From NCBI RefSeq assembly GCF_964204645.1, contig NC_134026.1, positions 5,045,950 to 5,109,949 of the forward strand: 64,000 bases of DNA. Reading direction: 5' to 3'. Position 1 is the first letter of the stretch, and each line of letters opens with the position of its first letter. Under the pieces are notes generated by a model. That model searched no databases. It saw only the letters and a program-made list of their open reading frames with translations, and had not been told where the DNA came from. Made by a program: the position numbers and the translations under genes. The DNA is from Tubulanus polymorphus. Taxonomy: Eukaryota; Animalia; Nemertea. This document shows, in pieces, positions 1-12,584 of the stretch.

Positions 1-329
1 ACCATGTCACGATAATGACTAATTTTGAGAGGAGATAAAAATAGCTCTTCATCAGATTAATTTTAATGATTGTACAAAACATGACAAGAAAAAAAAACGA
101 TTTCTAACAATCAAATACTAAAAACACTTTCAAAACAAATTTCATCACACATTTTATAAAGCAAAATAGTTCATTTCATACATTTGAGTTGGAAATAAAA
201 TATCTCAACCCTTAACGACAGAGTCCTGAGTTTATTAAAGCATAATGATTGTTGTAATTTGATTAAATCTGTCTAATACAACTCCCTCTCTCTCTTTCTT
301 CCCAATACACAACTGACAGTCATAAGCAT

Positions 330-420
330 CCTACCCCGGCAGGGATTATTTGAACCTGATGGCATCGAGATTGCCACGGTACGAAACACCGCCACACTAG
401 ACCCAGTGCGCAGCTACACA
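330..420 (-). mobile_element. Possible tRNA-derived SINE head fragment downstream of LACTB
   Basis: The minus strand has a B-box-like GGTTCAAATAATCC in a short GC-richer segment. No cloverleaf can be folded. A similar segment lies at about 3372-3450. Confidence 0.3.
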
Positions 421-760
421 CGCAGCTTAGATAATGTCATTATCAGCCAATCAGATACCATTTTATTTAAGCCCAGGTTTTCCCATTTATAGTTCTTCTT
501 CCGTGAAATTTACCTCATCGATTATACAACGAGCAATCTGATTGGTGCTGCAAGTTTTCGTGCGGCAAAGCTGCGCGTGTACCTTTGCAACTGGTCTACT
601 GTGGCAGGGGTTTGTGCCGTGGCTGAGCGTAGCGAGAGGAGAGAGAGAGAGAGACTGACAAAGACAAGTCGCACACAATTGCGTTGTCAACCTATGCCGC
701 CTTTAGATAATGATACAGTTCTATCCTCTGAGTTGACCCCGGAGTTTACTGACTCTGTAT

Positions 761-3700
761 TCAAATACTCTGATTTCTTATTGATTTGGCTTCATCGAAA
801 TTTTTAGCGATTTCGTGGGCGATTTTACTCATTCCGATATGACTCATATTGGCCAATATTGCCACGACGACGCCTTTTGGGTACGTAGCGGTCCCCGAGG
901 TGCTTCCAACCGCCGGATTATCTAAATCAGCCTCGGGTAAACAGAGCAGTAAACTGCTCGCGCCCATAGCCGCGCCCGTGTGGAACGTACAAAACCGGTG
1001 AAATTTACCGTTTCCGAATTTTCGAATGTACGGCACGATCACCCATCCGAGACCGAAATAAGTATCTTTATCCCAGTACGAGGCGGTCCCATCAACCGGA
1101 GCCCATAACTGATCCATCGTACTCGCGTGTAGAAACCCAGCACGATCAGACGACTGCGCGTATAGAAACGAGAGATCGTGTGACTGTTCGTTGTAACCGC
1201 TATCTTTCGACGGAAATTTAATTTTTGATTTTTCGTCTCTCGATTCCGACGATGTTTTGCTGTCGTGACGATTTTGATAACTGTACATCATCACGTTACC
1301 GAATTGAACTAAGTCACCCGCCGTCGACAGTAGGCCCCCTGCCGCCCATTTATAAGAGTTATCCACATACGCCGAGTTTTTCAGCACACCATTTTTAGCG
1401 CGATCGTAATACCTGAAAAAAAAATAAAAAACAAAATTGATTATGAGTAAATAATTATTTGATGGCCTGCCTTATCATAGAATGTTTTAGATTATGGTAT
1501 ATGAAAGTCCCCATATACAGTCAAAGCTTGTTATAACGCCAATCAAAATTTTTGCAGTATAACCAAAATGACGATCGTGAGAATTGACATAGTATACACA
1601 ACCTGATTATTAACCAAATCTAGAATTAGACATCAGTTGATCTTAATTTAGGAAGGGTCAAGAACTTAGCTCATTACATTTAGATAAAAGTAAAAAAATG
1701 ATACAGTAGATGTGTGATACTACCGACCACATGGATTGATTCTTAACCAAAAACTGGAAACGTCACTGACGAAAGATCGTTGGCGGTTTAACGAATGTTT
1801 TCTCTATGAGTTTGAATAGGACCATTAGGCCTATAGGATTTCGTTGGGGTTATGGCGGAGGGTGAGAGGTGGTTTAACGAGAGCTATTTACATACGCATA
1901 GATACCAAAATGAACTGTGCACAATGAAATTCTTGGGGATAGGCGAATTTGGCGGTTTTACAGATGGCGGTATAACGAGCTTTGACTGTATTCAGTTCGC
2001 GTACACGTAAAACTGTCACATTCTTTGCACCGATGTCTTCAGCATCTACAAAACCTAGCTCAATATATCACTGCTAGATTCATGGTTTTTTTAGACGTCA
2101 AAAATGTATATTTTTGTTTAACCTTCGACCTGGACAAAATAACTGGGTTATCTAATCCCGCAATATTAATGAACTACAATGTATTATGGAAAATTCTAAA
2201 TCTAAATTGGCTTTCTTTCCTAAAAACCAAGATGGCTACCCCAAAATCCCCCATGACATGATAAAATTGCCTGGTTATGGTTGTGATTAGATCCAATCAC
2301 AATGACCATTTGATAATTTGATTCAGAGGACATGTTCTTCAATTTGATTTGAGTTCGATATCAATAAGCTTAGATAATAAAAGTTCTAATTAAGTTATAC
2401 ATCAAACTGACCTTGACCGATTGTTAATAATAGGTGAATTCTCGTCTAAATACGTTTCATTCATTCCTAATTGTTTGAACAATAACTCGAACAGTTTCGT
2501 GATTTTGATGCCGGATGTCTCTTCGATTGCAGCGCTGACCAGCGTCCAAGCCGGTGTTGAATAAAGGAACCGCGTGCCTGAATAGAGATCACAATTTTAT
2601 CGATCAACAAGTACAAGAGTTGCTGAAAACTTGGTTTATTTAAACTAACAGTTAAACCATTGAAATGTCTGTTAAAACCATTAACCACCGATTGTTGAAA
2701 GAAGAACGAATCTAAAGTCTATGGATATTTTGATGATTAGACCAAGAACCATATCGTCACAGAATCAAATAATACATCATTAACTTCTTATAATGATTTT
2801 CAAGAGTTTTAAGAAAATAATTCTTTGATTTAGATGAACTTTTACGGAATCAATAAACCAGGACCCACTTTCACTGTTCTGAGAATTGACGAAAATAAAC
2901 TTATTCTCACAACTCTGCAACTGGATCCTGATGATTTTTCTGAAGAAATTTCTTACCAGGTTCAAATATCAAAGGGTCATTTCTGAATAAATCAACAGAT
3001 TTCTCCAAACTATCGAAGTATCTTTGATTTTTCATTTCACTCTGAGCGAATTCATCTTTCTGTTTCTGTAAAGCGTCGATCGTAGGATTTTCACGTTGTT
3101 TTTTGGGTCTGATCTGACGGTCGATTTTCTCAAACTCATCTTTCACTTTTTCAGGATCTTTTTCATAATGTCGCACGCCGGAACGATGTGACACTAACTG
3201 ACGTATTGTTATATCAACCTAGCATCGAAATCATGAAAAACAAGTTGTAGAATTTTGCCATATACTAGAAGTTAAAACCAGACCTTATGATTTCTTTCAA
3301 CTCTCAACCCACTACAGTAAGCGCCATATTTCAGGCTTCCTTCCCCCGATGAAGGGGAGAGGCAAGACGAAAACCGGGATTGATTTGAACCCGTGAACTC
3401 ACTGATTGACGAGGGACCAGTGACCGATGGTTTAATCCACTCAGTGACTACAACTCTTCATCAGTCAAACCACAATGTCTTATTTTCGGATGGTTGCATG
3501 CGAATAGAGCAAAACATCGGACAGATGCTGCTGACCAAATCAGTTTGTTATGAGAAGCATTTCTTTGAAGGATAACCAGAACATTTACTAATCAATAGTT
3601 AAGTCTAAAGTGCTACGTACATTTTTGCCTTGGAATGTTTTCTGCGGCCATGACGTCACGTATTGTTGAACCGGTTTATCGATGTCAATTTTTCCAGCTT

Positions 3701-5052
3701 CCATCAGTTTAGCGAGAATACTCATCGTAATTGGTTTACTGATACTAGCGATTCTCATCACTGTATCAGCAGTACACGGTACTCGGTTTTCTACATCCGC
3801 GAAACCAATACCTACAACAACAATCAACTCTCTCTTCACTTTCTGTGGCCACTTTCCACCCATTTACAAATTCCATGGGTTTTCCAGGTCAAGGGCCACC
3901 TTGCATTAACACTGGTCAGAATAGTGACAATGAAATATCTGCTCAAAAAAATTGTGAAAAATCTATGAATATACGTGGGAAAAATTCTCAAAAAGTACTC
4001 GTACCATTGAAATACATGTATCTCGATGCCATTTTATGCAAAAACTTTGTGAAAATTTTAACAAAATCTGTCCAGATTGTGATCAGTAACTGCTTGATGT
4101 ACACCTTAACATGAAAAAATCTGGAAATCCTGGTATTCTGTTGTGACAAAAGCCAATTGTTTGTAAGGATGTGAAAAAATTTAAAAATTCCAGAGTTAAT
4201 CCATCTGACCCTTGAAATAATCATCATACAAGCCATAAGAATGTTGATAAGTACCTTCAGCCCACACTTTATTGCCATCAACAGAAACAGCTACACTCAA
4301 TCCGGGAATTCCATACTCCGTCTGAAAAACAAAAACATGTAGGCTAAAACCACGTGAAGTGACCAGAAATATTAATGACTTAATATCAAAATCTGCTGTC
4401 TGGACCCCATGAATCCCCTCTCAAACATCATTCTTCCAATTTATGATCATCTAAACTACATCAGAGATATTTCTACAAACTAATAGACATTTTATCGGCA
4501 CACTTTCAAAACCGATCGTCTACACTTCACACTACATTTGGTGAAGGGGCATGGGGGGTGGGGTCACAGGCTGCAGATTGTGTCATTATTCTAAACTTAA
4601 ACTTAAGTTATCTAAGCACTGAATCAAATTTTTTGAGAATTACGAAGCCGAGGTTTCCTTACTTGAAATTTAGCGATCAGTTGTTGGCAGTCGGATATCG
4701 CGTGGTCAAAATATTCATTACTACCCACATTCATTCTCTGATCCATATTCTGAAAACTGCTTCTTTTACGAGACCAACACTCGGTCTTTGGGCTGCTAGG
4801 ACCTCGTTCATCATCAGAACTGGACCGCAGCCCATCTGTCACATCTCCGGTATCATCTTCTTTATCTTTTTCAAATTTTCTACGTACATGGTGAAGATCG
4901 GAAGCTATTGTAACTCCTAATCCGGCTATAAGACACCAAGTAGCCAACCGAACACATGTGATTATTCCACCACCTGCAAACCATCTTCTGATTCCCCTCA
5001 TACTCTTATCAAATCCATCCACTTCAGGCTCAACACGAAATTTCTCAACCAT
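761..5052 (-). CDS. LACTB: Serine beta-lactamase-like protein LACTB (6 coding exons)
   Basis: Exons about 5052/5001-4663, 4321-4255, 3811-3621, 3218-2957, 2577-2412 and 1412-761 have GT-AG boundaries in consistent phase. Motifs: GIGFADVENRVPC..MRIASISK (SxxK), HRSGVRHY, FLYST (YxT), YKWAAGGLLST, HTGAAMGASS (HTG). The start ATG is uncertain (5052 or 5001). Confidence 0.93.
1518..1988. mobile_element. Tc1/mariner-pogo (Tigger-like) MITE in LACTB intron
   Basis: TIR CAGTCAAAGCTTGTTATAACGCCA matches the reverse complement of the right end, CAGTCAAAGCTCGTTATACCGCCA, at 22/24. TA flanks both ends and there is no ORF. Confidence 0.8.
3372..3450 (-). mobile_element. Possible tRNA-derived SINE head in LACTB intron
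   Basis: The minus strand has A-box-like TAGTCACTGAGTGG and B-box-like GGTTCAAATC about 50 nt apart. There is no acceptor stem. Confidence 0.35.
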
Positions 5053-5418
5053 ATTTTGCTGGCGGTGGTTGGTAGTGCAACGTTTTTTGGGCTGATTAGG
5101 TTGAAGAGGCTCGGTCAACTGAACCCGATCTAATGTCTATTTCAACTTGACTTGAGCAGGAGAGCACATCAGGTGGCCTAAAATTTAGCTCAGTCAGTTT
5201 TGAAGGTACCGGTACATAGGCCTACCTGATCACCCGTAGGTGTAATAAAGTAATTTTGAATTTGGTGTCGAGTCGAGACTTGAACAGTTTCCTGGCGATA
5301 CTTAATCCGGAAATAAGAAATCTGGGAAAACCCGTTCACTTCCTTGTTTCTGCATAAAAAAATCTTTAAATATTCCTTAAATATTCGAATCGATATGGTC
5401 AGACTAACACGTTAGAAA
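5053..5418. promoter_or_regulatory. Putative bidirectional promoter region LACTB/NAGLU
   Basis: Divergent start codons lie about 370 bp apart. ETS-like CCGGAAAT (about 5308) and CACTTCC (about 5337) are present. Confidence 0.45.
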
Positions 5419-8400
5419 ATGAACGTGAGTATGAAAATATTTTAGCTTAAGTTGATTGGTTGACATCACCTAAAATAAGACTGATGCCTTTGAAGATTAG
5501 AATTTCAAAAATTAAGACTATTCAAAATCAAAAATACATTCCTTCAAGCAATTTCAAGGATTCAAAATACTCGTTAAGTACGGCAAAGTATGGCATATAG
5601 TTACAATTGTATTAAATCTGATCCACCTTTAAAATATCAAATTTAGTGCCCTGGGCCCGGTTGTAGAACTTAATTGGCCTACTCTGTAATGTTGCAACGC
5701 CGGCAATATCCAATACCATTAACTTTTTATTTTCTAGGTTTTACTGCTTTTATTGGCATTGTGTGGATTGAAATCATACACCAGTACCCATGCCTGTATG
5801 TATTGGTTGCAATTTCTTACTTTTTGGATGTTGGGCCAAATTACTCGAATGAATAATTTGGTACTGACTGGATCCATACTATTATTGTCAACTGCATCAA
5901 GTCCCTGTCTGTGCTGATGATTATTTGCCTGACATTAAGATACAGTACCTGTTATCATGAACACACATTCATTACCTTTTTAATCTATGATTTTACACTG
6001 CAATTCCCTAAGAGGAATTATGTAGGCCTATATTTATGTATATAGTGTGATATTCTATTTGTAGATTACTTAAACTATCACACGAAAGTCAATCAATCCA
6101 TACAGAAGGTAGCTGTGGAAAAACTCATAAATCGTCTAATTCCACATAGAGCCAATAGTTTCAGTGTGCGCATAGTACCAGACTTAGGAAAACATGATCA
6201 ATTTAACGTAAGTTTAATCTACACTTTCTTTTTATGTTCCATTTTCAAGGTTATATGACGAATGCTTACTGCATTGGCTTATTGCATATAAAAGTAAAGA
6301 TTTTTTGCCTTCTAGCTCATCTCAAAAAACAACCGAGTGTATATCAGTGGTAATTCTGGTGTAGCAGCCGCGTGGGGATTCCACTATTTCCTCGTACAGT
6401 ATTGTAACAGTCAGATCACATGGGCTGGAAAAAACATCGACATGCCGGCAAATTTGCCAAATATCTCGGAGCCTGGAATAACAGTGACCGCAAATGACCA
6501 GTAAGTAGCAGTATGATCGTAGCAGGTGTACCTTTTTTTTCAAAAATTTGTTAAGAATTTCGATCAATATTAACTTCCTATAGATTTCGCTACTACGCAA
6601 ACGTAGTGACATTCAGCTATTCGTTTGTCTGGTGGAACTGGACGCGATGGGAGCAAGAGATTGATTGGATGGCTATGAATGGAATAAATTTACCACTCGC
6701 ATTTGTTGGCCAAGAGTATATATGGAAAAAGGTTAGATTTAACACATCTCAAAAAGAAACGAAAATTCATTTCTAGGCCACAAGTTAGGTTTGTCTTCAT
6801 ACACATTCATTTTCCATACGTTCTTTTTCAGCTCTACCTTAAATTTGGTTTTGAAGAAAAAGATATCATATCACATTTTGGCGGGCCGGCATTTCTCGCT
6901 TGGTGGGTCAGAAAAAGCAAGAACCTAAATCTGCAATAAATTTCAGTTCTTTTAGTTATCACAATCGATTCATGTTAATGGATGTCAAAATTTTACAGGT
7001 CACGAATGGGTAATCTAAGAGGATGGGGTGGACCTCCGCCTAAAAGTTGGTTTGATACGCAACACCAGTTACAGTTGAAAATCATATCAAGAATGCGAGA
7101 ATTTGGTATGCTGCCAGTATTACCAGCATTTGCTGGACATGTCCCAGAAGCATTTACAAGGTTAGTTGGCCTATATACAGCTTATTACCTACAGCAATAT
7201 TAGTGTGTTTTTGCAGCCCACTTCGGACCGGCTATCATGTTCACACTTTTCATCAATTTGTCCAATGACCGTAGACGGAATGCAGTCATCATCCAGATTA
7301 CCGTATGAATCGATTTCGCTGGATGAATGCAAAATTGAGGATCACTGATTACACTCTAAAAATTACATACTGTTTCTATTTTCAGGTTGTTCCCAAATGC
7401 ATCTGTTTCAAGATTGCCGAAATGGAGTCATTTTAATTGCACTTATTCATGGTAGGCACCCCCTACAACTCGTAAAACCTTCAATTCCCTTAGTTTTAAT
7501 ACATGTTTACACCAGTTTCATGATGATATACGTACCAGTATTTTATTCTTCTAGTACATATTTGTTGGATTTTGAAGATCCTCTTTTTACAAAAATTGGT
7601 AAAGAATTCATGCATCTAGTAAGTTTCAAATTCTTTTCGGAAAAAACAGTGCATATACTTAAAATCTACGTGTACTTTATTTTCATATGTTGTCGCCGGT
7701 ATTTCATCATGTGCAATAATTGTAGGTAATAGAACATTATGGAACTGACCATATTTACAACTGTGATTCATTCAATGAAATGACCCCAACATCAAGGTTA
7801 GTTCAATTGCTGACTTGTAAATCATGATGAGATATACAGTCAAAAAGAAATTCTGCTTTGCTTAAGCTACCTTTATTTTGTAAATACCGGTATGTCTTGC
7901 TAGTCTGAATGTTGTTTTATCTACTATTCCAAAAGTGATCCTGCTTATCTAAGGAAATCTGGGAAAGCAATTTACACTGCAATGGCATCAACAGATGAGA
8001 AAGCAATTTGGTAAGTTTCCACCCATTTCGACTTGTAATGGTTACCAGTTATCAGAAGGAATTGAATGAATACCTGTCAAAATACTGCAATGGTCTTTTT
8101 AGGCTGATGCAAGGCTGGCTATTTTTAAACGATGCAGAATTTTGGCAAGAAGAGCAAGCAAAAGCACTTCTTACTTCAGTTCCTCAGGTACCGATATATT
8201 CCATGAAATATCATTCTATGGTATATTCCACTGATTGCATATATCCTATACAAACTATTTTCCCATCCACTTTATACTAGCGTATTCTCTCTACAGGGTA
8301 AGATGTTAGTGTTAGATTTGATGGCGGAGCAATTTCCACAGTGGAAACGTCTCAATTCTTTCTACGGACAACCATTTATATGGTGCATGCTTCATAATTT

Positions 8401-10524
8401 CGGAGGAGCGTTAGGGATGTATGGCAGGTTAGACAGCATCAATAAGGTCGGTCTATGAGTTACAATAAACATAGTGAGAAATGATGATTAGTAATTCGTA
8501 TTTGATGATTAGCGATTAGTTCATTTAAATCTGTTAGGTATAGGGAATCATGTTATTTACTTCAATTTATGCATTTTAGGGTCCGATTTTGGATCGTGAG
8601 AATTCGACAATGGTCGGTATAGGATTGTCTATGGAAGGAATAAATCAAAATGAGCTTGTTTATCAGTTCATGTTAGAAAATTCATGGCGTCAAACACCAG
8701 TTAACATCAGCAGCTGGTGAGTGTATGGTAAACACTAGATGTACAGTATGTGAAACCATGAAACGGTCCTTCATTGATTAATTCATTTTCAGGTTAATGC
8801 ATTACACAAAAAGCAGATACGGATTTGAAGATGTAAATGTTAATAAAGCCTGGCAGATGCTTTCTGTAAGTGTCACCAAAATATCCATAATGTGTCTAGT
8901 AGAAAAAATCCACTAACGCAACTTGTATATCCATCCATAAGCATATTTTTATCATTCACTATTGCAGAGGCATGTTTTAAACTGTAAGGACAATTTCCGT
9001 CATCATGGAAAGTACATCATTACAAAACGACCTAGTAGATATGTTAAACCAGAGGTATACTACCAGTAGTTCGCATTTAAACCCTTAAACTGATATACCC
9101 TATACTGTTCAAATAGAAGTGTCATTGTCTATCTTTTAAAAGTGTAATTAACCCATCACAGGCATAAAAACAAAATATGAAGATGAAAACAAGCTCGTAT
9201 TGGTGTGATGATAAGTGAGGTTCGGTTATGATAAGGATTACAATATACATGTATATATTCTTTTTAGATTTGGTATAACGCCATTGAGGTCTTCAAATCG
9301 TGGTCATTACTTTTGAAAGCGGACAAACGCTTATACCAGAGTCCATTATTTCAGTGAGCAACTTAGAATGAGAAAATATTATATGCAATATTAGAACATT
9401 AGTCTGTCTTGTACACAGCTGCTGAGTGATTTTGAAAACCATGTCCTCAAACTTGTGGCTGCATTGCCAGGATTCTCCAAAAAAAGGCATTTCGTTGACA
9501 TATGATAGGTAATTTTATATACATGCAAATCTATTTACAGATATGATCTTGTGGACATCACTAGACAATCATTGCAAGTATTAGCCATTCGTTTTTATGC
9601 AGCCATAATTAGTACCTTTACCTTAAAGAATATACCTAAGCTCAGGTAAGACTAATAGTACAACTTGACTTGACGAACAAAATAGTTGCTTTTATAGTAT
9701 ATTCAGATTATCAATAGACAATGAGCTTTGTAAATAATTTTTTCAGGGAAGCTGGTCAAAATATGGCAATGCTACTTACTGACTTAGATGATATCTTAGC
9801 AACTGACTCCAATTATCTTCTTGGTAACTGGTTAAGCAGTGCTAAAAGTATTGCTAAAGATGAAACAGAAAAACGTCTCTATGAATTCAATGCTAGAAAT
9901 CAAATCACACTCTGGGGTCCTCAGGGAGAGGTAAAGTACCAAAACAAATGATTCTTAGTAATTTCTGTTCAAAATCAAATCCTGGGATTAATGTAGCGAG
10001 TGTACCTTTTTTATTTCACCTAACTCCAGATCAAAGATTATGCTACTAAACAATGGTCAGGTATAGTCAAGGATTACTACAAACCAAGATGGCAGCTTTT
10101 TGTAAATCATTTGATAACATCACTTGAAAAGGTAATACATTTTCACTGAAATGTAAATCTATCTTAAGATTAACCAATTATTTTTACATCAAAACTATTG
10201 GTAAATTTACGCATTCTTTGTTTGTTTCTTTTCTAGGGTCAGAAGTACAATCAAAGCATATTCGTTGAAGATGTATTTAAAAGCGTCGAACAACCATTTA
10301 CCTACAGTCGGTCTAGTTACCCTACAACACCAGTCGGAAGCACAGTCCCACTTGCCCAGAAACTCTATCAGAAATACAGTCCGTACATGAGCGGGAAACT
10401 AAACCGTCGCTTCTTTCGCAAAGTTCTACAATTCAGGAATTTCTCTGAAACTGGCAAAAAGCAGCGAAGGAAAAAGTTGCGTAATTTGTTGAACTGGATG
10501 AACAAACAAAACATAGCCAAATGA
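5419..10524 (+). CDS. NAGLU: Alpha-N-acetylglucosaminidase (GH89), multi-exon
   Basis: Micro-exon ATG AAC|gtgagt (5419-5424) splices to a signal peptide exon [19 protein letters not shown]. Conserved blocks: [71 protein letters not shown] (catalytic E), [24 protein letters not shown] (catalytic E), [22 protein letters not shown]. Stop TGA is at 10522-10524. Confidence 0.95.
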
Positions 10525-11162
10525 CTAATGCGAGAATTGACCTGGTGTTTTTCTCCCTTCATATTTTGGTTTCTGCTCTTGTTTCTGGTGACTTGGAAGT
10601 TGAAAATGTTCATGAAGACATCTTTCGCTAACATTCAAGTTTATAAATGTTTTAGAAATTCTGGGGGCAGTAGAAATTGACTAAGTCATTTAATGCATTT
10701 ATTGTACCAATCGCAATATGAAATGTGAATATTCATAAGAAATGAATTTGATTACTATAAATTTTGTTTTACTAAATTTTGATATTTTTTAAATTTTTCA
10801 TATAAATACACATTACTCATGTATATTATATATACCAATGAACAAATATAAAATCGATATTTTAGTAGATTTAAACATGTCGTGTTTTGATTTTTCAAAA
10901 TGGTTTATTTTTGGAAATGGACCGCAGAACCGAGGAAGCGAACAAGCAAAAAATTATTTTGTTCGTTATAGACTATATTTCCTCGTCACTGATTGTCTGG
11001 CGTTTGATTAAGATTTTTTTTCGTTGACGTCTTATTCTACACAACCAGGAAATGCATCCGAAACGTGTCAAATGGACTCAATGGAAATTCAAAATGGCTT
11101 AAACCTAACCTTGGTCCGTCTTAGTTTTCAAATTAAATCACGATGGTATCGTCTTTTTTCTA

Positions 11163-11330
11163 GGATGCGAATGCGTAATAAGTTGGGGTGGACCACTGCC
11201 TATAGTTGGGTTGATACGCAACATAAGTTACAAATCAAAATCATATCAAGAATGCGAGAATTTGGTATGCTGCCAGTATTACCCGCATTTGCTGGATATG
11301 TCCCAAAAGCATTTACAAGGTTGGTTGGCA
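11163..11330 (+). pseudogene. Duplicated, degenerate NAGLU exon (pseudogene fragment)
   Basis: Close DNA copy of exon 6999-7160 ([26 protein letters not shown]), including the donor context. The 5' part has indels and no intact flanking exons are seen. Confidence 0.8.
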
Positions 11331-11499
11331 TGGACAGCATCTTTGGTTCACTAGCTGATTCACCAACGGTTCTGATATCCATGCTATCGAAAAATCCGAT
11401 ATTTTAGATTTTCGATGTGACCGGTATTCTATTCAACAGATCAAAGAAACAATTCGTTTTCCTAGATTGCCCCCGACTTGAATAATCTGAAATATATAC

Positions 11500-11650
<151 letters not shown>

Positions 11651-12165
11651 AGTGAAAATTTGCCTCGAATCCGTCTATTTGAACAGATGCTCCTTCACAT
11701 TTTCAATCGTTGCTTATCTTCTCAAATCAATTACCGGTCGCTGTACAATCTACAGAGCAAATTATACCAACAATCTATTTCTGGTATAATTTTCTAGATT
11801 GCGTTAAATTTGAAAATGTATTAAAGACAATATTCATCTAATATTTCATCCGGCCTCTCAACCCACTTACTATGGACATTATATAATATACAGTGTTTGG
11901 ATCATTCCCCTCTTGAGACAGATCCCAGCGAGTCTCCATTCTTGACGAGACAATTCGTCAGAAGAAAATCACCGATATAAGATGAACTCCCAGTCGGAAA
12001 AACCCCGCAAATGCTCGTATCTACCCAGAATCTACCGAGGAGAAATACATTACTGAATAATTGAAGTTCTCTGAGAAAATTCGAGGCAGAAAACCAATTT
12101 GCAAACGGAACGGGATACGTTCGCCAAAAATGTTTTCCGTTCCAAGGACGCATTCAAAAAAATAG

Positions 12166-12238
12166 ATTACTGACAAAATAGAAGTCTGATATTTCTCCTA
12201 TTACTGACAAAATAGAAGTCTGATATTTCTCCTATTAC
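12166..12238. repeat. 34-bp perfect tandem duplication
   Basis: ATTACTGACAAAATAGAAGTCTGATATTTCTCCT occurs twice, followed by ATTAC. Confidence 0.9.
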
Positions 12239-12369
12239 GCTGATTGGTCTTATTCTATTGATCTTCATATTTTCGCTTGAGTAAATGTGTACGATCGTCA
12301 CTAACAATGTAAGGATTTACTGGAATTTATTACACACCAGAACACGCCCAACGAGATTGACAAACTATA

Positions 12370-12563
12370 TGTTTCGAAAGTTCGGTTACTAAGCCGCTCA
12401 TCTGGTTTGTGTTTATATATTTACTGTGGATGACATCTTGTTTATGTTTATTCTCCATCTATGTGAAATAAAATCAGTCACTTCCAAGGTTTCGTAGTAA
12501 CCAGACGTGTTGCTTCTTTCTCTCGGATCTGTCCCCTCTGGTCGAATCGAACCTTTCACGACA
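12370..12563 (+). repeat. 5' LTR (194 bp)
   Basis: TGTTTCGAAAG...TTTCACGACA. No differences from 18493-18686 by eye. Contains a TATA-like TTTATATA and AATAAA. Confidence 0.97.
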
Positions 12564-12566
12564 TTT

Positions 12567-12584
12567 TGGTGCCGTGACCAGGAT
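12567..12584 (+). other. Primer binding site, tRNA-His-like
   Basis: TGGTGCCGTGACCAGGAT starts 3 nt after the 5' LTR and resembles the complement of the metazoan tRNA-His 3' end (TGGTGCCGTGACTCGGAT, recalled). Confidence 0.8.

Noticed and set aside
761-5052. Horizontally acquired bacterial beta-lactamase
   Set aside because: The intron-containing gene has LACTB-type motifs (SISK, YST, HTG) and is an ordinary animal LACTB.
6583-6615. NAGLU active-site variant NVVT instead of NVCT as a sign of lost activity
   Set aside because: Both catalytic Glu motifs are intact, and I recall NVVT in plant GH89 enzymes.
7824-7908. Intronic C/D-box snoRNA (ATGATGA...CTGA) in NAGLU
   Set aside because: There is no terminal stem and no recognisable rRNA guide. 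Such boxes occur by chance in AT-rich DNA.
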